Of a stretch of 64,000 nt of DNA, positions 1 to 10,277 are shown piece by piece (position 1 is the stretch's first letter; each line of letters opens with the position of its first letter). The position numbers and the translations under genes are program-made. The notes beneath the pieces were generated by a model. It was not told the origin of the DNA. It did no database searches and saw only the letters and a program-made list of their open reading frames with translations. The stretch is from Promethearchaeota archaeon (GTDB taxonomy: Archaea > Asgardarchaeota > Lokiarchaeia > Sigyniarchaeales > SOKP01), in contig JAHPZE010000002.1 of the NCBI GenBank assembly GCA_019058365.1, positions 224,001 to 288,000 of the forward strand, written 5' to 3'.

Positions 1-543
1 GGCATATAGACTTGCAGCGGCTACCCCTTCAATACTTCTACCCCTTATTAAATGTGCTTCAACCGCATCTCGGTATATTTTAGCTGAACATTCTCTTAAA
101 TTCTTTTGAAGATCCAAGTTTGAAGCCATTCGGTCAAGTTCGCTTAATGCAAACGTAAGGTTTCGTTCAGTAGCATCAGATACTCTTATACGACTTTGCC
201 ATTTGCGAAGTCTATAAATTTGACCCCTCAATTTAGCAGGTATTTCTTTCCCAAAAATATCTCTATTTTTCCAGTCAATCATAGTACTAAGCCCTTTATC
301 GTGTATCATATAAGTCATAGGCGCTCCCGTTCTTGTTCTCTTCTTTTTCTGATCAGCATCGAAAGCTCTCCATTCTGGTCCGCGATCAATATATTTTTCT
401 GAATGAACTAAACCACATTCTTCACAGACTATTAATCCTCTATTTTCATCAAAAAACATGTTTTTTCCGCATTCTGTACATATATTATTTTCTGTATGAG
501 AAAAATCTTCTGATTCTGCTTTCACTTCTTTCCAATTTGAAAT
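1..543 (-). CDS. tfb: Transcription initiation factor IIB (runs off the window edge; start uncertain, ATT at 543 or GTG at 525)
   Basis: Not in the ORF track. Manual translation gives the Zn ribbon [60 protein letters not shown] and [17 protein letters not shown]. Confidence 0.97.
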   Translation of the reverse strand, partial: MSNWKEVKAESEDFSHTENNICTECGKNMFFDENRGLIVCEECGLVHSEKYIDRGPEWRAFDADQKKKRTRTGAPMTYMIHDKGLSTMIDWKNRDIFGKEIPAKLRGQIYRLRKWQSRIRVSDATERNLTFALSELDRMASNLDLQKNLRECSAKIYRDAVEAHLIRGRSIEGVAAASLYA

Positions 544-597
544 AAAACACACCTTTTTTTAAAAAAATTCTTCTCTCTTAAAAGATCATTTAAAATG

Positions 598-849
598 CTA
601 GGTTATCCTAGTGAAAAGTTTATCATTAGGGTCAAATGGTTGATTTGGTAATGCTTTAATTGAGATGAAAGGGAGCTTTATGGGGCCAAAAACATCTCTA
701 ACGTAAGCGATCTTGACATATTTCTCGTTGTAGATCGACTTCTTAATAATTTGTTCTAATTTATTATTCCATTGTTTCGCTCTAAAGATGTGATGGTTCT
801 TAGTTGATTGTCCAATATAGAAAAAGTTCAATTTAACCCAGTTTTTCAA
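598..849 (-). CDS. gar1: H/ACA RNP protein Gar1/Naf1
   Basis: IAYVRDVFGPIKLPFISIK motif; usual archaeal position upstream of tfb. Confidence 0.85.
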   Translation of the reverse strand: MKNWVKLNFFYIGQSTKNHHIFRAKQWNNKLEQIIKKSIYNEKYVKIAYVRDVFGPIKLPFISIKALPNQPFDPNDKLFTRIT

Positions 850-1241
850 GAGATCCCCTAACTAAGTGGATGAAATTTAAAATAAATGATGGTTGTTAAT
901 ATTTAAATATAATGGTTTTTATTTCCCACCAATACAAAATGGTAAATTAAGGGATTAATAATCTAAAAAGAATTTTATTGAAAAATTCCCTAAAAAAAGA
1001 ATATGAGTAATTTTTTTAGGTTTGGGATTTTTAGGGAGATAATCTACATTTTTTAATATGACTATCTGATATTTGAGGTTTCCTTTTAAAAACATTGGAT
1101 AAATATGTAGCTAATTAGATATAAAATATAAAAGTGATCTGACTTAATATTAAGATTTTTTTCTCATTTAACATAAATTTTAAAAATTCATAGCTATAAT
1201 CTTTACAAAATTAAGTTTTTATATCTTTTTAGTGAATATGA

Positions 1242-2450
1242 ATGAAATCAAATGATAAAGTAAAAAATCTATTTTTAATTATCCTAGGAATTGTTCTCGC
1301 CTTTACCTTAATATCTAGCAGAGATCTTAATATCAAAACGGGAAATTACAGAAATCAAGTAAAGATAGATATATTAAAAACATCATTAATATCTGGAAGA
1401 ATTCATATTGACAATAATTGGTCTGATGCAAAGTTCGCGGGGATCTGTACTGGTTCTGGTAATTCTTCCGATCCTTATGTTATAGAAGATTTGGTTATAG
1501 ATGGTGGAGGTGCAGGAAGTTGTATCCTTATTGAAAACTCAGAAGACTACTTTAAAATAGAAAATTGCACTATATCCAACTGTGGAAGTGTTTTTTACGA
1601 TTCGGGTATTAAATTAATTTCAGTAAATAATGGCAATTTATCTAACAACCGTGCTTTAAATCTTGATTCTTTTGGGCTCGTTATGTATGAAAGTAACAAT
1701 ACTATCGTTGTAAATAATATGTTTAGTGGTGAACGTGGCATCTCGATTCAATTTTCTAAAAATGATGTTATATATTTCAATCAGTTTATTGGTAGTACGT
1801 TCTCAGTTGAAACTCATTATTGTACTAATAATAGATGGAGTTCACTAGAACAAATAGAATATTTTTATAGTAGTAATACATATAAGAATTACCTCGGTAA
1901 CTATTATCAGGATTACAATGAACTTGATAATAACAATGATGGGATTGGAGATACTCCAATGATCTTAGATCAACATCTACCCTCATCTGAATGGATTTAT
2001 CTTGACTATTATCCATTGATTGCTCATATACAGTATTATGAGCTTTCTGTAGAGATTCAACCTCCTGATGCTTTTGTGTTATCATCTAATGCGGGAACTC
2101 CCGAAACAGATGGAAATTTTACTTTAACCTGGACTATTGCTGATAGAGCCTCAAATTATTCTGTTTATCAACACTCTGGGGTAATAACTGACATAAATGA
2201 TAGCCTAACGATACTATTAAATGAAACCATAGATCTTTCGCTTGCATTAACGGATTATCCTCTAGGTATTTATTATTTTATAGTTGTTGCTCGTAATAAT
2301 TATGGGCAAAGTATTTCAAATAATGTAAAGATCGAAATAGAAAGTCCTAATGAAGGCAACCCTACTGTTTTCGGATATAATATGTTCATTTTAATCAGTA
2401 TTATTTGCTTAATCTCAGTGATTCTAACTAAGAAGCTAAAAAAGCCTTAA
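1242..2450 (+). CDS. Secreted parallel beta-helix (NosD/PbH1-like) surface protein with an Ig/Fn3-like domain and Loki-CTERM-like anchor
   Basis: N-terminal hydrophobic signal, CTGSGNSSDPYVIEDLVIDGGG, Asn-rich beta-helix repeats, GNYY..DGIGDTP, C-terminal VFGY-TM-KKLKK. Confidence 0.8.
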   Translation: MKSNDKVKNLFLIILGIVLAFTLISSRDLNIKTGNYRNQVKIDILKTSLISGRIHIDNNWSDAKFAGICTGSGNSSDPYVIEDLVIDGGGAGSCILIENSEDYFKIENCTISNCGSVFYDSGIKLISVNNGNLSNNRALNLDSFGLVMYESNNTIVVNNMFSGERGISIQFSKNDVIYFNQFIGSTFSVETHYCTNNRWSSLEQIEYFYSSNTYKNYLGNYYQDYNELDNNNDGIGDTPMILDQHLPSSEWIYLDYYPLIAHIQYYELSVEIQPPDAFVLSSNAGTPETDGNFTLTWTIADRASNYSVYQHSGVITDINDSLTILLNETIDLSLALTDYPLGIYYFIVVARNNYGQSISNNVKIEIESPNEGNPTVFGYNMFILISIICLISVILTKKLKKP

Positions 2451-2754
2451 GATAAAATTATATAAAGTTTTATTCTATATTCATTGTCATCCTATAAGTT
2501 GTTTATTTTGTGGTAATTTTATTTCATTTTTCCGGACTTAATTTAAAATGCTCAATTTAATAAATCTGATCAATTTATTAATATAATTATTTCTTCTATT
2601 CAATCTTTTAATCAAAATCTTTGTTGATTAGATACTAACACATTGCTTTAATCGACAGTCCGAATTCTTCTAAAGTTACTCATTATTGAATAAAAAGAAT
2701 CAATATAATAAACCCCATATACTTTTGAGATTTTCATTTCTTAAGCATAATTTT

Positions 2755-3855
2755 TCAGTCAAAAACTTTCTTCAAGTTATACTTTTTCTTACAGGTACAT
2801 TCATATCCATTTTGATCTAACTCGCTCAAATCCTGAGAGAGAACGAAATGTTTAAGTCTTTCTTTTGCTGAAATTTCGCATTCTCTTTTTAAGCAATTAT
2901 GGATCCCTCTTTTTGTTCCCGCTCCAGAAGGATCAGATAAAATACGTAAATTTTTTAAATTTTCTTGGGTTAAAGACTTTTTTAAGCATTTAAATAATGA
3001 ATAAAACCAAGGAGGTCTATAGCGATTTTGAAACCATAAATATTCTGCAAGAGTTCCTTTTTGTATATTCAATGGGTTAATTGATATTGAATTCACGTTT
3101 AGTTCTACTAATTTTTTTATAGATTGGGAACAATCATCAATCGCTGCTTGTTCATTCATGAATGGAGGTTTCAGTAAAAGATAAACTCTTACTCCAATAT
3201 TATATTCTTTTAATCGCTGTAACGTACTTTTAAAATCCTTGAATACAACTCCTTTATTTATATAGTTGTTTCTAATATAATCATCAACAGTTTCAAGCCC
3301 AATAGCAATTTCTAAGTATTTTTTATCAAAAAATTCTCTAATTTCTTCTAATTTTTCTACCGTTATGTATTCTAACCGTGATTCTATAACAAACTCCTTA
3401 AATTTTTCTACTTTTGAGATTTTTTCATAGATGTAGTTTCTAGCTTCTTGTGGTATTTCATTTTCATCCAAGAAGCTTCCAGAATTGTAAATTTTAAAAA
3501 TATAATTATGAGGGTCTTGTTTGATTTCATTTATCTTATTATTATAAGCATAATCAAATTGATTAATAAGTTGGGTAGTTGAAACCTCTTCATTTACAGC
3601 ATCCAAATAATATCCACACATGGAACACCCTCCATGTTCACTTGCACCCCAACTGCATCCCTTTGATCGTAAAATAATCGTAAATTCTTTTCCAATTTCC
3701 TCTCTAAGTCTATCTTCTTTTATCCAAAAACTAATTGGTCGCTCTATTACCTCTAATCCATATTTGATTCTCTTTTTTAAAGCTTCCCATCTAATCGAGT
3801 TAATCTTCTCAACAATTGGTTTATTATCTTTAAAAAAAGTATTATTTCCATTCAT
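2755..3855 (-). CDS. raseA: Archaeosine biosynthesis radical SAM enzyme RaSEA
   Basis: ILRSKGCSW..GGCSMCGY, FKIYNSGSFLD, AIGLET, YLLLKPPF, YRPPW, GTKRGIHNC; overlaps arcS. Confidence 0.9.
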   Translation of the reverse strand: MNGNNTFFKDNKPIVEKINSIRWEALKKRIKYGLEVIERPISFWIKEDRLREEIGKEFTIILRSKGCSWGASEHGGCSMCGYYLDAVNEEVSTTQLINQFDYAYNNKINEIKQDPHNYIFKIYNSGSFLDENEIPQEARNYIYEKISKVEKFKEFVIESRLEYITVEKLEEIREFFDKKYLEIAIGLETVDDYIRNNYINKGVVFKDFKSTLQRLKEYNIGVRVYLLLKPPFMNEQAAIDDCSQSIKKLVELNVNSISINPLNIQKGTLAEYLWFQNRYRPPWFYSLFKCLKKSLTQENLKNLRILSDPSGAGTKRGIHNCLKRECEISAKERLKHFVLSQDLSELDQNGYECTCKKKYNLKKVFD

Positions 3856-5932
3856 TTATTTTTACAATTCTCCCACTTTTAGAATTTTTGATAAAATTAG
3901 AGCCAACTAATAATACTCCACTTCCTAAAATTTTTTTTTTTCCTTTATCTAATATGACGACTTGATTATTAGGAATGAGATCTAAACTATAATCTAACAC
4001 TCCTGCTCGAAATAATGTATTTCCTTGTAATTCTTCACCGTCAAAGACAATATAGTTTGAATTTATAGAACTATAAGATTTAAATAACCTTTTAAGTCCA
4101 TTAAGTGTTAATTCTATTTGCCCTGTTGAGTGTTTAAAAACTCCTAACTTTTCATTAGTTTTTAGGTCCTTCAAATCAATCTGATCATTAAATCTAATTC
4201 GAATCGGTTTTAGGCCATTAGTAATAATATTAATACCCGCATTTGTACCAAATTGATAATCTAGGATTTTCATAAATTTTCTAATCCATGTTTTTGAGTA
4301 ATTCTCACTTTCCAAATAATTTTTTTTAGGTTGAAATTTATCCTTAAACTTCATAATTAAGCTCTCTAAAGATTGAAGTGATTTAATAGAAGTTGTTTTA
4401 TCAGAGATTTCAGAGAAAAGAAAATTATGTGGTAATTTAGAAGAAGCGCTGTTTACGATTTCGAGATATTCATTTTTTAAATGGCAAATAATAGGTATAT
4501 TTGGGTCATATTTTTCTATTAATTTAATAAGCATTTCTGATGCAATATTTATTTCTTCACTATCCCATTCCCCAGTAACAGAAATATCGTAAGAATTAAC
4601 GGGATAAACATTTTCTAACTGTCTAGGAATACACCCAAGAGGAGAGGTTAAGATCATTTCTTGAAAAGTAGGAAATTCTGGAAATTTTCTAGTACTATTA
4701 TAAAACTTCTTATGAGATTTGGATTCTGAATATGGTTTCTTAGCTGAACATGGTAGTAAAATAATTAATGTTGTCCAAGGTTCAGGTTCAAAATTTTTGA
4801 TTGTTCTTTCCCTAAACTGCTTGAAATCTGGTCTATTATATGACAATGGTCCGATTAATCTTATTTTTTTACTTTTTTGCCTTATCGGAGTTTCATATTT
4901 AATAATATCAAAATATTCTTTATCTAAAATCTTTAACATCGAAATTAAGTTTGTATCATCAAAAGAAGACTTTTCCACAAATGCTCGAAAATCTTCGTAA
5001 TTCAGGTATTGTTTGGTTTTATTCATATAATTATTTGCCGTAATTAGATTATGTAAGCTTAATAAATCAATCTTTTCAGAAGAATGTTTATTATATGATA
5101 TGTTAATCAAATTACCTTTACACGCTATGCATGAACATGGAAAATATTTTATTTTATATATCGGTAATAGATATTCTATCGTATCATAGAAATTCTCCGC
5201 AGATAAAAACAATAAATATGAAGAATCAATTAGATCTATTCCTAGGTAAATTAGTAATGGATAATATTTCGGAATTATTCTTCCAGAAGCCATAATAATT
5301 ATATTATTATCCAATTCTAGTTTTATTTTAATTATAATTTTCAAAATATTTCGATAATTGCTGATATTATCAAAAACATCCGCTAAATTAACAATTTTTA
5401 TATTTTCAAATTGTTTAACAATTGGAATATAAAGATCTAATAAATCAACATAATCAAATATTTTTATAGTTAAACCAAAATTTAGTTGTGGATGATTATT
5501 CAATATTCTTTCTGTATTTAAAAGATAATTTTTTACTTCTTTTGTAGCAAATTCTTTAGTAATACTAGTAGTGGGAATATTGAATGGAATAAGTGATATT
5601 ATATTATCTTTGGAAAATACATTGCTATTATTTATTAATATTTCTTGAAATTTTTGTAGAGTACCAGGATATGTAAATAAAAATCCAGTATTTCTGAATT
5701 TCTCCCATATAAAACCAATTTTCAAGAAAAATTCTTTAGAAATTGTAAATAAATCATGATTCTCAAATTCTTGAATAAAACTAAATTGTTTCATTAATGA
5801 ACTTTTTATAGGTATAATTATGTTAGGTGTAGTAATAAATAATTTGCGTTCTTTAGAAAAGATGATTCGTCCAATTCTAGAATAACCAATCTTACTTGAT
5901 AATACTTCAAAGAAATATTTCATTATTTTCAA
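3842..5932 (-). CDS. arcS: Archaeosine synthase ArcS (TGT-like N-terminus, C-terminal PUA)
   Basis: LLPCSAKKPYSESKSH, ILTSPLGCIPRQLE.VYP..SYDISVTGEW, DYQFG, CSCIAC..H Zn site, PUA-like C-terminus. Confidence 0.88.
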   Translation of the reverse strand: MKIMKYFFEVLSSKIGYSRIGRIIFSKERKLFITTPNIIIPIKSSLMKQFSFIQEFENHDLFTISKEFFLKIGFIWEKFRNTGFLFTYPGTLQKFQEILINNSNVFSKDNIISLIPFNIPTTSITKEFATKEVKNYLLNTERILNNHPQLNFGLTIKIFDYVDLLDLYIPIVKQFENIKIVNLADVFDNISNYRNILKIIIKIKLELDNNIIIMASGRIIPKYYPLLIYLGIDLIDSSYLLFLSAENFYDTIEYLLPIYKIKYFPCSCIACKGNLINISYNKHSSEKIDLLSLHNLITANNYMNKTKQYLNYEDFRAFVEKSSFDDTNLISMLKILDKEYFDIIKYETPIRQKSKKIRLIGPLSYNRPDFKQFRERTIKNFEPEPWTTLIILLPCSAKKPYSESKSHKKFYNSTRKFPEFPTFQEMILTSPLGCIPRQLENVYPVNSYDISVTGEWDSEEINIASEMLIKLIEKYDPNIPIICHLKNEYLEIVNSASSKLPHNFLFSEISDKTTSIKSLQSLESLIMKFKDKFQPKKNYLESENYSKTWIRKFMKILDYQFGTNAGINIITNGLKPIRIRFNDQIDLKDLKTNEKLGVFKHSTGQIELTLNGLKRLFKSYSSINSNYIVFDGEELQGNTLFRAGVLDYSLDLIPNNQVVILDKGKKKILGSGVLLVGSNFIKNSKSGRIVKINEWK

Positions 5933-6079
5933 TAAAAGGTATTATTTTTTTGTATAAATTATTTCACTATAAATTAAGATATTTCTCAAAATTATTAAGA
6001 ATTTAGACAATTGAAGTCATTATTATTCTTGAAATTTTTTACTTTTTAGAGTTAATTTAATGGTTGTAAATAATCTAAA

Positions 6080-7042
6080 CTAAAAAATAAAGAAATTTGT
6101 ATAGGGTTTTAACTCATCTAAAACAAAATTAGTATATGTATCTTCTATCTCTTCAGAAGTGTATAGGTCCCTAATAAAAATAGCATAATCTTCAATCCTC
6201 TTAACTCTCACAATTGCAAATAATCCATATTGTTCTCCCATCCTAAATAAATCTGTGATAAATTGGTTTTTTTCTAAATTCAATGCAATTTCATTATATT
6301 TGGAAGGATCTTTAGGTTTAATACGAACAAGATATTTTCCTTTATAACCTACTTTTTTAGGAGAAAAATTAATAGAATAATTGAGTATAATACCATTTAC
6401 CTCAAGTTTTTTTATTCTATTATGTATTGTTGATTGAGAAAATTCAATATTATATTGATTTTTCATTATATCCCGAATCTCATATGTTGATATTGGTTTC
6501 TTTTCTTGTTCTTCTTGCAATATTTTTAATATCAAAGAATCATTTCTGTCCATTGTAAATTCAGAATTTAAATCCACCTCATCTATTTTGATGCCATTAG
6601 TCTTAAACACTCGTATTGTCTCAAGTATCTGATACTTCTTAAAATAAGATTCAGCCATGATATTATCAATTTTTTCCAGTCCTTCATGATAGTCTTTAGT
6701 AGATTTAAAAACGAATAGAGCTATTAAAGAGAATTCTCCTAAGATTCCATCAAGCATTTTTAAATGTGGAATTTTTAACAGTTTTTCCAATATTTGAGGT
6801 TCTCTAGGATTAGTTTTAATTTCTAGAATAACATATTTTAGATTATCTGGCTGGATGTAAGGATGAATATTAATTGTAATATTTTCAATTATTTCTTGTT
6901 TTCTTAGGAGCTCAATCTTGTTATGAATTGTTTGTCGTGTAAGGCCTAAAGCTTTTACATTTTTCGAAACATAAAATTTCGATCTTCCACCAAACATTCT
7001 AATTAATTGAAGAGCTGCTGCTCTATCAGTAGAATTAATCAT
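6080..7042 (-). CDS. Tandem (double) Lrp/AsnC transcription regulator
   Basis: Two HTH+RAM units (LGLTRQTIHNKIELL; FSQSTIHNRIKKLE..GII). Confidence 0.85.
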   Translation of the reverse strand: MINSTDRAAALQLIRMFGGRSKFYVSKNVKALGLTRQTIHNKIELLRKQEIIENITINIHPYIQPDNLKYVILEIKTNPREPQILEKLLKIPHLKMLDGILGEFSLIALFVFKSTKDYHEGLEKIDNIMAESYFKKYQILETIRVFKTNGIKIDEVDLNSEFTMDRNDSLILKILQEEQEKKPISTYEIRDIMKNQYNIEFSQSTIHNRIKKLEVNGIILNYSINFSPKKVGYKGKYLVRIKPKDPSKYNEIALNLEKNQFITDLFRMGEQYGLFAIVRVKRIEDYAIFIRDLYTSEEIEDTYTNFVLDELKPYTNFFIF

Positions 7043-7175
7043 TTCATTACAATTTATTATTTGTTAATAAATATAATAAATTAATTGTTAAATAAAGATT
7101 TAAATTTTTATATATTTAATGAAAAAAAGATTAATAAATTAATTATTACTAAAATTAATATTATTATAAACAATT

Positions 7176-8456
7176 GTGAAATTTTCTATGGTAAATTATA
7201 AAATAGCTGATGAAAGTTTAGCAGAAAAAGGTAAAGAAGCTCTATATATAGCTGAAAATAAAATGCCTGTAACTGCTAAAGTTATTCGTAAAAGATTTGA
7301 AAAAGAGAAACCGTTAAAAAATATAACGATCGCCGGTTGTTTGCACGTAACAAAAGAAACTGGGATTCTTGCTCGAACCTTGAAAGCTGGAGGAGCTGAA
7401 GTATATCTCTGTGGGAGTAATCCATTATCAACCCAAGATGATGTAACAGCAGCATTGATACAGGAAGGAATTAATGTTTTTGCATGGCATGGCAATACTG
7501 ATGAGGAATTCTATTGGTGTATAAAGCAATGTTTAAAAGCTAAGCCAAATATTTTAATTGATGATGGTGGTGATATGATTGTTACTGCTCATCAAGAATA
7601 TCCAGATCTTATATCCTCTGGAACTATAATCGCTTGTCAAGAAGAAACTACCACAGGTGTTAAGAGATTTAGAGCTATGGATAAAAAAGGAGTTCTAAAA
7701 GTGCCACTTTTTCCTGTTAATGATGCCAGATGCAAAAATCAATTTGATAATGAACTAGGAACAGGGCAAGGTATAGTATCTGCAATTTATGGAATGCATG
7801 TTCTTTTTGCAGGCAAAAACGTAGTTATCGGTGGATATGGTCATTGTAGTTCAGGTATGGCACTCAGAGCGCGGGGATTAGGTGCGATCGTAACTGTTAC
7901 AGAAGTTGACCCAATAAAGGCATTACAAGCCGTATTTGCAGGATTTAGAGTTCAAAAAATCGAAGATACGCTCCCTAATGCTGAAATAATTTTAACCGCA
8001 ACTGGTTGTAAACATGTTATTCCTCCAACGATAGAGATGTTCGATAAGTTGAAGAATGGCGTCATTCTTGGTAATCTTGGACACTTCGATATTGAGATCC
8101 CCACAAAAGAACTCTATGAATATGCAAAAGAAATTAAACCAATTAGACAAAACGTAGAAGAATTAATTTTTCCTAATGGTAAAAAAGTCTATCTCCTAGC
8201 TAAAGGACGATTAGCTAATTTAGTCTTATCAGAAGGTCATCCAAGTGAAGTTATGGACATGTCATTTGCCCTTCAATCCTTAATGTCGGAATATATCGTA
8301 AAAAATAAAGATTCCCTAAAACCAGGTATGCTTGAGGTTCCAACTGATATTGATGATAAAGTTGGATTTCTCAAATTAAAATCAATGGGTATTGAAATCG
8401 ATAAATTATCCGAAGAACAATACAATTATATTCATGGATTTCTCGAAGGTACCTGA
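7176..8456 (+). CDS. ahcY: S-adenosylhomocysteine hydrolase
   Basis: GCLHVTKET, SNPLSTQDD, DDGGD, EETTTG, KNQFDN, GHFDIEI, GRLANL..EGHPSEVMDMSF. Confidence 0.97.
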   Translation: MKFSMVNYKIADESLAEKGKEALYIAENKMPVTAKVIRKRFEKEKPLKNITIAGCLHVTKETGILARTLKAGGAEVYLCGSNPLSTQDDVTAALIQEGINVFAWHGNTDEEFYWCIKQCLKAKPNILIDDGGDMIVTAHQEYPDLISSGTIIACQEETTTGVKRFRAMDKKGVLKVPLFPVNDARCKNQFDNELGTGQGIVSAIYGMHVLFAGKNVVIGGYGHCSSGMALRARGLGAIVTVTEVDPIKALQAVFAGFRVQKIEDTLPNAEIILTATGCKHVIPPTIEMFDKLKNGVILGNLGHFDIEIPTKELYEYAKEIKPIRQNVEELIFPNGKKVYLLAKGRLANLVLSEGHPSEVMDMSFALQSLMSEYIVKNKDSLKPGMLEVPTDIDDKVGFLKLKSMGIEIDKLSEEQYNYIHGFLEGT

Positions 8457-8485
8457 AATAATTAATTTTTATTTAATTTTTTTAA

Positions 8486-8557
8486 TTCTATACTTTAGGG
8501 TTTAAAATGTCATCAGCAGGGATATTTTTTCTCCGTAAACTTCGAAAACAAGATTTC
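8486..8557 (-). repeat. Degenerate duplicate of the 3' end of the ArsA/Get3 gene (direct repeat of 10813-10882)
   Basis: ttctatactttagggtttaaaatgtcatcagcagggatattttttctccgtaaacttcgaaaacaagatttc aligns to ttctatacttttgggtataaaatttcatcagcagagatattttctccgtaaacttcgaaagcaagatttc with 5 substitutions and a 2-nt insertion. Confidence 0.9.
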
Positions 8558-8749
8558 CACAATACTTTTTACTTTTTTCCTTTTAGTCTAGTCTATATAT
8601 TTATAAATTCGCATCTGCTTCGGTAAAACACATTTTGCATAGGTTATGCAAGTAATAATGTACTCAATTTTCATGAAGGAGGAGGAAATGAGAGTTTTAG
8701 CTTGATGTGTCTGTTTTTCTATGTTCTAATTTATAGAATTATAATATAG

Positions 8750-9538
8750 TTAAATATATTCATTCATTTTTTTTATCACAATTTTTTTAAAAAATTTCAA
8801 TTTCTTTAAGTATTTGAATCCTGGTACTGCGATAATTTCTTGATTACATGCTTTTTGTATCTTCTTAGTTATATAACCTTTTACTGCAATCTCTTTTCCA
8901 GCGAGTTTGAAGCTTTCGTGAATTTTTATAATGCGAGGGAACTTTAATTCTTGTTCATGATTTATCCCCTTTCCCCCTATTTTTGACGAATTGCGGACTA
9001 ATTTGGCAATTATTCTACTGTCAAAAAATCGTTCAAATATCTTAAAGTAATTAATAATATTTTCAGCGGTTATTTTTTCAATGTTATCATATACAATTAA
9101 TGGAATAATAGGTTTCTTGGTTATTGAATCACTAACATGATGAAAAAATAATCCACTATCATTAACTCTAATTTGAGAACAATCAGCTGTACTATATAGT
9201 CTTTCAAGAAAACATTTCATTAAGGAAGACATGGTAAAAATATAGATGGGTGTTGCATAAATGATGACCTCCGCCTCTGCCATCTTTGAGAATATTTCTC
9301 TACAATCATCTTTCTCAGCATAGATACATCTTAAGTAATGTGCATCAGTTTGACAAGTATTACATCCTATACATCTTTTAATTTTTTTTTCAGATAAGTT
9401 TATGATTTCTAGTTCTGAATCGTTGCTTATGACCCCTTCTCTGATTTTATTTAATAAGAAGAAAGTATAACCTTTATTTCCACTAAAACTTCCATTTAAA
9501 GCTAATATCTTTTTAAATCCTTTTTCCATATTTTTCAT
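8750..9538 (-). CDS. Flavodoxin-like NADPH-dependent FMN reductase / iron-sulfur flavoprotein
   Basis: ILALNGS..GYT, CIGCNTC....C, IIYATPIYIFTMSSLMKCFLER. Confidence 0.88.
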   Translation of the reverse strand: MKNMEKGFKKILALNGSFSGNKGYTFFLLNKIREGVISNDSELEIINLSEKKIKRCIGCNTCQTDAHYLRCIYAEKDDCREIFSKMAEAEVIIYATPIYIFTMSSLMKCFLERLYSTADCSQIRVNDSGLFFHHVSDSITKKPIIPLIVYDNIEKITAENIINYFKIFERFFDSRIIAKLVRNSSKIGGKGINHEQELKFPRIIKIHESFKLAGKEIAVKGYITKKIQKACNQEIIAVPGFKYLKKLKFFKKIVIKKMNEYI

Positions 9539-9541
9539 ATT

Positions 9542-10102
9542 TTATTTGAAATTTATCAAATCTGAAAAAATAGAAATTAATTCTGATACAGTGTAAAACT
9601 CATGTTTTTCAAAAATAATCTGAGTAATCATACCTAGTGCAAATGTTCTGATCTTGTTTATCATTGCTATTTGCCTTTCTTTAGGTAAATTGTTCAAAAT
9701 AGGGTCTCTTAAAGCCAATTTATAAACATAATCCAATCTCTGTTCAATAATCTTTTTCCGATAAGTTCGAGAAATTTGATATCCGAAAAACATTTCTCTA
9801 CAGAGTTCCATTTCGTTTTGAGCAAATTGAACGTAACCTACTCCAAGCTTGATTGCAATTGACTCGTGTGAAATCTCTTCTATTGTTTTTCTAAGCAGTT
9901 GTTGACTTTGATTTATTATTTCCTTTTTTAATTCCTTCTTTGATCCCAATTCAGAATAGATTGGCATCGTCGAGCAATTTAGCATTTTTGCGAGTTTTCG
10001 AATCGAAAATTTACCTGAACCATATATTCGAATGAATTCAAGTGCATTCTCGATAATTAGATCCTTAGTATATTCAGTTGGTCGAGGCATTATTTTGTTC
10101 AA
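9542..10102 (-). CDS. TetR/AcrR family regulator (likely start ATG 10090)
   Basis: MPRP..IIENALEFI..G..FSIRKLAKMLNCSTMPIYS HTH. Confidence 0.92.
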   Translation of the reverse strand: MNKIMPRPTEYTKDLIIENALEFIRIYGSGKFSIRKLAKMLNCSTMPIYSELGSKKELKKEIINQSQQLLRKTIEEISHESIAIKLGVGYVQFAQNEMELCREMFFGYQISRTYRKKIIEQRLDYVYKLALRDPILNNLPKERQIAMINKIRTFALGMITQIIFEKHEFYTVSELISIFSDLINFK

Positions 10103-10128
10103 ATAACACTGTTATATAACATTGTTAT
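10103..10128. promoter_or_regulatory. Putative TetR operator: two abutting 13-bp palindromes
   Basis: ATAACACTGTTAT followed by ATAACATTGTTAT immediately upstream of tetR. Confidence 0.75.
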
Positions 10129-10277
10129 ATTTCAATCAATATAAATTTTTCCTTTTTCGTAATAAATGGAAGAGTTAGGAGATTTCAAAATATCTCACCG
10201 GCTAATTTAGTCTTTAGAAGAGACTTAAAATTAATTAAATCTTTAATTTTAATTATTCCATATTAAATCATGATTAA

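Noticed and set aside
196-545. ORF-track + strand ORFs 196..402 and 333..545
   Set aside because: Antisense shadows of tfb on the minus strand
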